In this document: in pieces, positions 29,346 through 39,850 of the stretch
Position numbering within the stretch: the stretch's first letter is position 1
Layout: every line of letters starts with the position of its first letter
Source: Paraspadella gotoi
Lineage: Eukaryota > Animalia > Chaetognatha
Direction: 5' to 3'
NCBI GenBank assembly: GCA_051294375.1
Contig: CM119267.1
Location: forward strand, 10,410,406-10,474,405
Length of the DNA stretch: 64,000 bases
The notes under the pieces: model-generated
The model's input: the letters and a program-made list of their open reading frames with translations, nothing else
Database searches by the model: none
What the model was told of the DNA's origin: nothing
Translations under genes and position numbers: made by a program

Positions 29346-30070
29346 TGTACAAGCTCGAATTGAAGAATTGAAAAAAGGAGACTGATTTTTAGAAAATAAA
29401 TTCGTTGGCTGAAAAAGAAAAAAGAAAAAAGTTCTGATCAGATAACTAGAACGCTCTCTAATTTGCTATCTAACTAATACACTTGAGTCTATAGTCTATA
29501 GTTGTTAAAGAGTTTATAATGATTTTTATCTGAATTGAGCCCTGACCTTTTATTTTTTAATGGCTCAAATATCTGAATTTAAAGTTTAATTGAATGACTC
29601 CAATAGTTCTGTTTAAAGCCTCTAATTGGTTGAATTTTATACATTGAATTTGAATATCTGGTCTCTCATTGGTTATTAATAACTAGTAGATGTTTTGATT
29701 TGTATTCTTAAAATGTGAACTCTCCTCTCATTGGTTGTTATAATGTTGTCTTCGTATATAAAAGGAGAATAAATTCTTAAATTTTGGGAGATTCCTCTGA
29801 GACCATCAGGTATTAAATGATATATGTGAAATTACTTGAATATGTTAATTAATTTTAAGCTTTTATGTAGCTTTGAGCTGTTGCTGCGTCTCGGCCCTGC
29901 TCCTACTGTTGCTGCATTTTGGCTATTGCTTATCTCTGTCATGCTGATGAGTGATGAACGTCCTTCAATGATTATTGGATATTGAATACTTAATAAAGTC
30001 ATTATTCTATTTTATCTTTTGATATATGGATTGAGTTGATATTAAGTCGAGATTAAGCGCTGCTCAAACA
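29346..30070 (+). mobile_element. Candidate solo LTR
   Basis: TGT...ACA termini with ATGT on both flanks (possible 4-bp TSD). Internal ATTGG (CCAAT) boxes, TATATAAAAG at ~29755 and AATAAA at ~29992. CpG-poor and microsatellite-free, unlike the flanks. The ends are tentative. Confidence 0.4.
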
Positions 30071-31524
30071 ATGTTCTCATCTGAAACTGAGAAACCCCCC
30101 CAAGGAATCTTCTACAATAGTGAAAATGAGTTTTAAAGAGATGTAAATTTGTGCCATTTTTCCTAGTTCTGTCAGTACTACTAATGCAGTTGCAGTCACT
30201 TCCACTCCAGTTTAATTACATGACAACCTCCCTCCATCCGTTTGCAATTAATACGAATGGAGGCTGAGAGAGAGAGACGGTCTTAATTAACACAACGTTG
30301 GTGAAATGAAACCCACGTAAACGAGGTAATCGAAACGACTAAGGAAAAAAGGAGAATAAAAATGGAAAAAAGGAAATAAATAAATTGAATGGCGGAGATA
30401 TATTTCGCGTCTTTTGTCTTCGAATTACGACGAATTCGAATTCTTGGCGCCAAAATTTATTTTTAAAAATTTATTACAAAGAGCGTTGGAAGGAAAATGT
30501 GGCGCCGCTATTAAGAAATTTACGGCGACGCTAACGAAAACTGTCTTCGCTGGGCATGACGCCTAATGAGAAAGAGAAAAAGAAAAAAGATTCGCGCGAC
30601 AGAAGAAAAAATGTTCGTCGTAAAACGTCATTTCACATAGACATCTAGAGCATTGATGAGTTAGAAAAAGAAAAGAAATGAGATATTCTTAACTATAGAC
30701 TCGGTTGCATGAAAAATAACCTTTTTAAAAAAATGTGCATAAAATTTATTACAATCGGTCATGTGGTTTAAGAGATATAATTTTTGACATTGAGTGTTCC
30801 AAAATATGAAGGGAAAATGGAATTTAATTTAAAAGCTTCAGAATCATTAGTCATCGTATCTTTCAATAATTTTGAAATTATTATTTAGGGATCTGGGTTA
30901 ATCTACTACAGGAAATACAAAATATTAGAAAGAAGTTTAGTCTAAAATTAATCAGATTTCTCTACGTTCAGCTTTGCTGTGGAGTGCTTCGTTTTTTAAA
31001 AATCACCGCTCCTGAACGGATTGCCCGATTTTTATAAATTTGATTAAAGTCTGATATGTGGCACGATTTTTTTGCACATTACTGTATTTTTACGTTTTGT
31101 TTTTATGGATTATAGCAGAGTGAGAGAGAGCAGTGACTAAGAAAAAAAAAATCTTGGTCATCTTCGGTAATGGACGCTCCTGTTTCTTATGTACGTCGAG
31201 GATTTTATGGTGTTCGCAGGCGAGGACCATTGCTGTAATCGACGTGGACATTCTGAAGTGGATATAGAGAAAGACAGAGAGAGAGAGAATAGCGCCGAAA
31301 GGAAAGCGGTTTAGTACAAAAATAACCGTCTTTGACAACGTTAGTTGACTTTATCGTGAAAAATTTCCTCCGCACCCCCCCCAAAAATAATAAACTAATA
31401 AACAATGACTACATTTAAACTCTACATTTAAACTTGGAAATTCATGATTACTTCAAGTTCAATTTATCGGAGAAAAACAAGGCAAAAACCAGTTTATTTG
31501 AAATCGTTCAAAATCAAAGGGCCA

Positions 31525-31590
31525 TATTTAAGCCAATGAGGACACGAGGACATGAGAGGGCACGAGGACACGTCGCCCAGTATTAAATGT
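31525..31590 (+). promoter_or_regulatory. Putative ODC-like promoter: CCAAT box, repeated GGACACG/CACGAG motifs, TATA-like TATTAAA
   Basis: AGCCAATGAG at 31531-31540, then GAGGACACGAGGACATGAGAGGGCACGAGGACACG, then TATTAAA at 31581, about 120 nt upstream of the ATG. Confidence 0.4.
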
Positions 31591-31699
31591 CAATTATATT
31601 TTGCCGGTGTTTTTCAACAATTATTTTTGGGCTTGATCTGGTCAATTAATTTTTTTTAAGTCAACATTAGAATTGGTTTAAAATTCAGCTCCTTGCACT

Positions 31700-31899
31700 A
31701 TGGCCACACTCGAAATGCTCGTTTGAAAAAAACCGACCCATAACGCAAAGAAAGTTAAACGCGGTGAAAAAGTTTTTGACGTCTGAGAAAGATCCACACG
31801 ATGGCGCCATTCTCGTGGTGGAACCGGAAGTAGCGTCGAAGCGGATTCACAAGTGGCGCCACTTGATGCCGCGCGTTCGACCTTTTATATGCCGTAAAG
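31700..31899 (+). CDS. ODC: ODC-like exon 1 (MATLEMSFEK...DGAILVVEPEVASKRIHKWRHLMPRVRPFYAVK), ending at the PLP-binding Lys
   Basis: ATG at 31700 and donor AAG|GTGAGC at 31900. The second copy reads TTT TAT GCC GTA AAG (FYAVK) in frame. Confidence 0.8.
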
Positions 31900-34732
31900 G
31901 TGAGCAACTTAGCATTTGTTATTTAATATCTTTTCCCTTGTCACACGCATTACAGGATTATGAAGCGTTATTATTTGAAACATTTCTCATATCTCAAATT
32001 CTTCTCTTTTTAGTTTTTCCCTAATAGTTTTACACTTTGTCTAAGGTGTGTTTAACTTGTAAGCCTCAATATGTAGGTTTAAAGAATGCACATTTCGTTT
32101 TATTTATTTGCTTATTTTTTAACTTTTTTTAAAACTTTTTTTACTTTTTTAAACTTTTTTAAACTTTTTAACTTTTTTATCCTTCAAAATATGTAATATA
32201 TATAAGAATATAAGAATAAGTATTCCCCGATCTAATACTTAAGGGAGTGGTTTTTCTTACAATTGAAACATTCTTTGAAATATTTTCCACTTCATTGATA
32301 GGGAGAGCCAGGTACTGCTGGGAGTAAATAAACGGGACTGGAGAGTGTCTTGATTGAAAGCTTACAGGGACCTGCTATGTCATTATCTTGTAAGAGTGAT
32401 GGAGGCCTTAAACCACCAAAGCCTGTCCAATAGGGCGTTGAAAAATAACGAAATATAACAAATCAAGTGAGGTACATAGCTATTTTGGTGTAATAAAGTA
32501 TGTAGAATTCGATGATGATAACTATTTTTTTGTATAGTCTCATCTTCTTTGTCGGAAATGGCGGATTTTTGCAGCATATAAGGTGCTATTAAAATGGAGC
32601 AAACATTGTAGAGTATAGGAAACTCAAATTATTAAGATTTTTATAAAAGCCATATTTAACTTACATAATTAGAAAATAAGACCCATATAAATATTTTGTT
32701 AAGTTTATTTACAAATTTTATATTTTAATAATAGTTTCTTAGCTATATTTATTAATAATAAAAATAAAAAATAAGCTAAAATAAAAAAATAAAAATTTTA
32801 AAACCGGATTTGAATTCCTTACAAAAAGGTTGATATAAGAAAGTATAATCCATTTTTAAAATTTTTCATTAAGTAGGTTAAAAATATTAAAAACTTATTT
32901 TTGTTTATTTTAAATTTTTGGCTTAAAATTATAGTTTTTCTGAATTTTGACTAACTTAATGTATAATTTTATATATAAAAATTATATTTTCTTATATCAA
33001 CTAATTTTTACTCATAATATAATAAATATAGTTAACTAATTTTTATAAAACATAAAATTTAGAAATAAACTTACCAAAATATTTTTAATAAGTCTTTATT
33101 TTTATGTTTCAAAAGCTTTTAATAATTTGATTTATCATAACTTAAAATGGTTTTTGCTATTTTATAACAATTTTATATACATTAAAAACCGTCATTTCCG
33201 ACAAAAAAAGATAAAATTATACAAAAAATGGTCATCACCATCGAATTCTACAGACTACACTACATTACACTAAAATAGCTATGTACCTCACTGTTGATAT
33301 TGTTTATAATTGGTTATTGTTGATTTTCAACGTTATGCTGCTCGCAACAGTCCAGGGGGTTCACAAGAAAGCCTTATTGTATTAATATGAAATGGAGATA
33401 ATTTTTTATATTGGTTGTACCAATTTCATAAACAACACATCGACAACTGAATCCTTAGAATCCCCAGGCGAATCCAGACCCGCGAGTCATCGAGTCGCTC
33501 ATCCGGTGTGGTTCCGGTTTCGACTGCGCTTCCAAGAAGGAAATAGATCTCGTTCTCCAAATGGGAGCTCAAGTAAAAGATGTCGTCTTCTCCCATCCGG
33601 CAAAAATCGATTCGCACGTCTCTCACGCCGCACAAAAAGGTGTAATTAAATTTGCCTCGATGTAAACATGATGAATGATACATAAGTATTAATAAAATCA
33701 ATATTTTATTCAAGGTGTGAACCTCCTGGTGTTCGACAGTCTGGAGGAAGTGAAAAAGATGGTCCAACTTCATCCTAATTGCGAAGCGGTTCTTCGCATC
33801 ACGACCGGAAATCAGAAGAGTCTCATTCAATACGACGAAAAATACGGCGCCGATTCTAGCGAGATTCCGGAACTGATGAGAGCGTGCAAAGATTTGGGTA
33901 TAGTACTAAATGTAGGACGATACATGTATCACTATCATTATCAGTATGATGTTTCATCTTAAATTCGCTTTCCAATTCTCGCTGCTTAAAACTAGTTACT
34001 TTAAGGAGTGAACCTCGTCGGAATTCACTTTCACGTGGGCAGCGCTGGCGATAACTCGCAAGCCTTCACCGACGCGCTGTCAAAAACCGCTGAACTTTTC
34101 AAGATGGCGGCGTCCATGGGACACGAGATGCGATTGGTCGACATCGGAGGAGGATTTCCAGGTCTCGACGATGAGGATCCGGGTATCGAAGTCTACGCGG
34201 AAGCGATTAACGAAGGGCTAAGGATGTACTTTCCCGACCTCGCCGTCGAAGTAATTGCCGAACCGGGAAGGTAAGTTTGGAGATTAAAAAATAAATAAAT
34301 AAAACGAGAACATTAAGGAATTAACCAAGAAAACTTACAAACCGACGTCAAACAAGGTTCGTCGCTTGCCGTACAACCGGAACACTATTAAAGATCGTGA
34401 ATAAGAGGCTGAAACGAGAGACCGAAGACCAAATCGTCGCTCATTACTTTTTCAATGACGGAATTTACGGAAATCTCCTCTACCTTCGCTACTTTCCTCG
34501 CGGCGACGTCGTCTTCTTCGTCAAGTCGCCCGTCGACGCGTCCGTGACGACTCGTTCGGTGCTTTGGGGCGCTACTTGTCCGTCTTACGACTTCTTCGGC
34601 AAGGGCGTTCAATGGCCGGAACTCTGCGTCGGCGACGGCGTCTTTTTCGACGACACTGGCGCCTACGGTGCCTCCGTGGCGAGTAACTTCAACGGCTACG
34701 GCAAGGACTTGACCAAGTTTATCTATATATAA
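31700..34732 (+). CDS. ODC: Ornithine decarboxylase-family (fold-type III PLP decarboxylase) gene, 5 exons: 31700-31899, 33468-33639, 33715-33897, 34006-34270, 34357-34732; ~397 aa after removing two 1-nt insertions in exon 1
   Basis: Manual splicing at GT..AG introns gives the ODC motifs in order: PRVRPF[YAVK]ANPD, GFDCAS, FDS, VLRI, KYGA, FHVGS, DIGGGFPG, IAEPGR, NDGIYG, WGATC, GAY, FNG. Intron phases are mutually consistent. The two exon-1 frameshifts (~31718, ~31887) are absent at the same positions in the second copy. Family assignment is firm, but ornithine specificity is not. Confidence 0.92.
32436..33332. mobile_element. Non-autonomous foldback/MITE-like DNA element in ODC intron 1
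   Basis: Imperfect inverted arms of ~135-150 bp: GTGAGGTACATAGCTATTTTGGTGTAAT...TGTAGAATTCGATG...TTTGTCGGAAATGGCGG (32436-32570) versus CCGTCATTTCCGACAAA...CATCGAATTCTACA...ATTACACTAAAATAGCTATGTACCTCAC (33184-33332). The interior is very AT-rich and non-coding. Confidence 0.75.
33468..33639 (+). CDS. ODC: ODC-like exon 2 (ANPDPRVIESLIRCGSGFDCASKKEIDLVLQMGAQVKDVVFSHPAKIDSHVSHAAQK)
   Basis: CCCCAG acceptor and the GFDCAS motif. This frame is missing from the ORF track because it has no early start codon. Confidence 0.9.
33715..33897 (+). CDS. ODC: ODC-like exon 3 (VNLLVFDSLEEVKK...VLRI...EKYGA...KDL)
   Basis: TTCAAG acceptor and GTATAG donor. Aligns with ODC TFDS-E-K, LRI and KFG. Confidence 0.9.
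34006..34270 (+). CDS. ODC: ODC-like exon 4 (VGIHFHVGS...DIGGGFPG...IAEPGR)
   Basis: HVGS, the glycine loop and EPGR motifs. Canonical AG|GTAAGT donor at 34271. Confidence 0.93.
34357..34732 (+). CDS. ODC: ODC-like exon 5, C-terminal beta domain (YFFNDGIYG...WGATCPSYD...GAY...FNGY)
   Basis: AACAAG acceptor, in frame with ORF 34397-34732, ending in TAA and followed by an AT-rich 3' region. Confidence 0.92.
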
Positions 34733-36234
34733 TTTTATTTATTATTTAGTGCTCAAAATTTTTGTTATTTTTATTTAATCTAGAAATCTAGAAATAGATT
34801 TTTAGACATTGTTATCTCTAACAATTATTTAATTTGTTAAAGCCATATTTTGTTTCATTGTATTACGAATTTACGATTAAATCTGTCCTTACACGATCCC
34901 AATTATAAATTATCAAAAGTAACTTACTACTGAATTCGCATTGATCCCGCATATATGTCGTATAATTCGATGACGCAATCATCCCTAGCGTTTTACTACG
35001 GGTTTAGGAAATAAATCACCAACGCTCGATATTTACGCTCACGTCTTTACACTAAAATCTAAAAAGAATAAAAGAAAATAAAGTGACGAAAAAAAATAAA
35101 ATAAAAAATAAAATGTTGGAAATGTCTTTCCGATTTATCCATTTCCAATTTTCGAAACTGAAAGGGCCGACGCCCACCTACTTTTTTTTTCTTTCTTTTT
35201 TCCCCCTTTTTTTTTCGAGGCAGTTTTTCTTTCACCTCCGGTTTTTTTCCTCTTTTTTTTCCTTTCCCTTTTCTGTCCCCCTTTTTTTTCGGAGAAACGG
35301 TACGAGACATGATTTCTTTTTTCTTTTTTGGTCCTATTTTCTACTTTTCTCTCTTTCCATATCTTTCGCTCTACTATTTTCTGTTTTGACAATTCTAAAT
35401 CTTTCCAGATAAACCTTGTTTTGGTAATTCGAGTAGAAAGACTTTCTTTTAATCTCGAAAAGCTTTTTTTCCTTATCGGCAAAGTTTACCAAAAAAAAAA
35501 TAGTCAAAAAACTTTCTTTTGTCCCATAAATTTGGTTATTCCGTTTGTGTCCCAAAAGCAACGTCAGCGGAAAAGTAAACAAACGCGGTACACACTCAAG
35601 CTTCCACGACATACTTAAGACTACCTTCAGTGTGCAAATTCGTCACACGCAATCGAAACGCGCTTTTCAAGCCTCCAACTCCCTAAAGAGCGACACGTGC
35701 GAGCATCTCAATTCAATAGCGCCATACAAAAAAATGCGCGCCCTCTATTAGTTCGTGCTAGTCGAAGCAGGCGCAGCCTGGAGCAGTAACTCGGCCGGAA
35801 GGAGCCAAGCCCAACCAATCTCGCCGCAATTCGCCCGCGGGCGTGGAACCGGAAGGGGCGCTAGCGTGACGCCGCAACCTCGACGCTCGCGAAATTGGGT
35901 TTTGGCACAAAAATTCCTATAAAATCGGAAAAAAACTGGGAGAGACCAATTTGATTAGGCGGAGACGACGACGACAATGACGAGGGCGCACGACCAAAAA
36001 AAAGAAAATAACTATTCCTTGAAGAAATGTTTTCATTCAGATGAAGAGGGATGCCACATTTTGGGAGAGAGTCAGGCGAGGGTCTTGGTTTGAAGTAAGG
36101 AAAACAATCAAGGCAGCAGAGCGAGCGCACTCTTGGCGCCACCGTCTTATCGGTTTTTTTCTTATTAACATCGACTATAGAGAGGAAAAAAAAAAGGAAG
36201 GCCGAATGGATTTATATTTACTTTCGGTAAAGTA

Positions 36235-36280
<46 letters not shown>

Positions 36281-38456
36281 GTCCCCTTAGCCAAATCTCT
36301 CGAGCCTTCGAGACTCGATATACATTATGCATAGAAACGGAGAACTTCGGCGCTCGGAAGTGTATAACCCGGGGTGGGACCTGGTGGGTGCAGGAGATGG
36401 GGAGAGGAAGGGTGGGTGAGGGCAGAAGAAATGGGTTTGGGGCAGGACGGTAGGGGGCGAGATTAAAAGAGAAGATTCGACTTATTTTAAGATCCGCCTA
36501 ATCGTGATTAAAAAGGAAGGATAGAGAGAAAAGGAAAGTAAGGTATTTGCACGCATTTCGAACCCAGAGTGAACGTCTAAAGTTCACTCGCTGGTCGCTC
36601 ACCTTTTTACCGTTCACCGCGAGGTTATCGTCGAGCCCCTTTACTCGGCCACGCCCATATTTGATTAACCTTGACCGGAACGCGTGCGCCATCGCGTCCC
36701 TGGCGTCGATCGCCAACTAGAGCACGCAGGTCAGCAACGCCATCGTCGCGGTTTAAGGGCGAAACGTCGAGGGCATCAATTTGAAGCCGAGTTATTCCCG
36801 AGTCTTACGAGGCGGCGATTGCGAGGCCAATGAGCGCCACTTGATGCCAGAATGTTAAGCCTTTCGCGACTGTTTGGGCGAAAGTTTCTCGCAATAAATA
36901 ACGATGATGATGACGAATATTACCGAACTTAGTATTTAAATCTCAAGACTAGAGCGTGAAGTAGGTAGAATGAATTTTTGTAAATATTTGAAATTATTCT
37001 CCATAAATTATGTATGTTGGGAAGTTATTTTCAAAAGAATTTTCCTCTTTGATTTTTCTTTTAATACCTTCTTGTCCCCTATAACCTTACCTCGGGCCAG
37101 CTAAATCACCCTACCAACTCACCGTAGTTGTTTTCTCCGTCTTTACTTTCTCTCCTGTTTTCGCCCCCTCCCCCCCTTCTTCCACTCTCCCGACGCCATC
37201 TTCCCACCCACGCGTCATTCCCAAATTCCCCCCCCTCTCTCTCTCTTCCCCCCATTTGCGCCATCGCTCGCGATTTTTCGTCGCAAGAGATCCCGGCCTT
37301 GACCCCGAGGGTAAACAGGGCGGGGGGAAATTGGGGGGAAGAGAAAAAAGAGGTCAAAGCAAAAGAAAAAGAAAAAAAAAACAGCGTAACAAAGGGGGGA
37401 AAAGGAGGAAAACAAAAAAGAAAAAAACAAAGGAAAAACAAAAGGTAAAAGGAAGATGAAAAAAAAAAACAACAAAAGGATAAAGGAAGCCTCGTCTCTC
37501 GGAAGAATAGTCGCCTTTGTTCTTGTTTACGACCAACGCTTTCGCTCTGAAGATAAAAAAAAAAAAGATAATTTTTTTTTGCTCCGGGAGATGAGCTTGT
37601 TTGTTTTTTCATAACGTTTCTGCAGGTTGTTTACGGTTAAAATAAGGTTGGCGAATGTTTTATTTTTTTCAAAGCGAGAATATTATCATCGATTAAAAAA
37701 CTTTTAAAAAAGTCCAGTCATCAGTTATCAGTTATCAGTTATTACACTTTTACAGATGTGAAAGGCGAGAAAAGTAAACAAAAAACTCATTTTTTTGGCG
37801 GGAAATCGAAACGCGGTTCTCTCACTCTCGCCAGCTGACGAACCGTAGTCCTTTGAATATCTGGGTTGGTTTTTCGAATCGGGTGACAATAGGACGAGGA
37901 GGGGACGCATTAGGGTTCGTCGGGTTCCAATGATAATTTTTATCTACTTAGTCTAAATTTATCTTTGTCTGAATATTTTCTTTTATTTTTATATTTTAAG
38001 TGATTTCAGTGATTTTTTTCCCCTTTTTTTTTATCGAGGATCACGATTCCAATTTGTTTTCCCTCTTTATCGCTCGAATCCAATATTGACATATCTTGTA
38101 AGTCTTTTTCCCCTCAAGTCTTTTTTATTTCTTTCTCTTTACTTTCAACTCTTTTTTATTTTTATTTTTTTTATTAGTTTTTTTATTATTTCTTTTGTAC
38201 ACCTCTCTCTCCCATTCTTATCCTACAACTCACTCTCAGTACAACAAGATCCCTGCTCCGACTCCCCCCCTCTCTCTCTCTCTTCTCTCTCTCTCGTCTT
38301 CTCTCTCTCTCTCTCCTCTCTCATCTCTCTCTCTCATTTTCAATTTTAATCGAAGCATTAATTTTAAATTCCATCCTTCGCCGCCGGCGGGGGAAAAGTT
38401 TAATCTCGGTCACGTGACCTCAATTAGTCTTGGAAAATCGCGAGAAAGACCAATCC

Positions 38457-38496
<40 letters not shown>

Positions 38497-39850
38497 TCAT
38501 CTCCTCTCCTCTATCTCTCTCTCTCTCTCCTCATACATCATCTTCTTACAAAAAGGTTACATAATTCAATCTCTCGCCTTTTCCCTCCAGGAGTCAAAAG
38601 TTATCCGTCAGTGGAACACGAAATCTTCCTTTGGGACTCAGAACCGTTTTTTTTTTATCCTTTGAATCTTCTTCGTCTCTCGGACTCAATTTTTGCGTTT
38701 GCGTCTTTCGTAGTTTTCGTGATTCATCGTTCCTTTTATGGCGTCGTCCTCGTAAAAGACATTGTCGTCGTCGTCGTTGTCGNNNNNNNNNNNNNNNNNN
38801 NNNNNNNCTATATGACTCATGGTTGTCATTGAAAAATAACTCACTTGTTTATAAAAAATGGTGCATAACCCAATCTTATTACAATCGTCATGTGGTTTAA
38901 GAGATATAATTGACAATTGAGTGTCCAAAAATATGAAGGAACATGGATATTTTAAATTTAAAAGCTTCAAGAATCATTAGTCATCGTATCTTCATAATTT
39001 GAATTATTAATTTAGGGATCTGGGTTATCTACTACAGGAAATACAAATATTAAGAAAGAAGTTTTAGTCTAAAATTAATCAGATTTCTCTAAACGTCAGC
39101 TTTGCTGTGGAGCTGCTTCGTTTTTTTAAAAATCACCGCTCCTGAACGGATTGCCCGATTTTTAATAATTTGATTAAAGTCTGATAATGTGGCACGATTT
39201 TTTTGCACAATTTACTGTATTTTTTACGTTTGTTTTTATGGATTATAGCAGAGTGAGAGAGAGGCAGTGAATAAGAAAAAAAAAATCTTGGTCATCTTCG
39301 GTAATGGACGCTCCTGTTTCTTATGTACAGTCGAGGATTTTATGGTGTTCGCAGGCGAGGACCATTGCTGTAATCGACGTGGACATTCTGAAAAGTGGAT
39401 ATAAGAGAAAAGACAGAGAGAGAGAGAATAGCGCCGAAAGGAAAAGCGGTTTTATACGCAAAAATAACCGTCTTTGACAACGTTAGTTGACTTTATCGTG
39501 AAATAAATTTCCTCCGCACCCCCCCCCAAAAATAATAACTAAATAAACATGACTACATTTAAACTCTACATTTAAACTTGGAAATTCAGATTACTTTCAA
39601 GTTCAATTTATCGGAGAAAAACAAAGAAAAACCAGTTATTTGGAATCGGGTTCAATCAAAGGGCCATATTTAAGCCAATGAGGACACGAAGGACCAATGA
39701 GAGGGCACGAAGGACACGTCGCCCAAGTAATTAAATGTCAATTATATTTTCCGGTGTTTTTCAAAATTATTTTTGGGCTTGATCTGGTCAACTTAATTTT
39801 TTTTAAGTCAACATTAGAATTGGTTTATTAAAATTCAGCTCCTTGCACTC

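Noticed and set aside
31400-31700. Polyamine-sensing non-AUG uORF ending in PPW, known from AZIN1/ODC homologue leaders
   Set aside because: No PPW- or PS-stop-type ending was seen upstream, and the 5' leader structure is unknown.
31880-31899. +1 shift just before the PLP-lysine codon, read as an antizyme-like programmed frameshift
   Set aside because: The second copy is in frame here (TTT TAT GCC GTA AAG), there is no UCC-UGA shift site, and indel errors are pervasive.
31700-34732. Horizontal transfer or bacterial contamination as the origin of the decarboxylase (YAVKAN motif)
   Set aside because: The gene has four spliceosomal introns and eukaryotic-type motifs (FDCAS, NDGxYG, WGxTC). The origin cannot be judged without a phylogeny.
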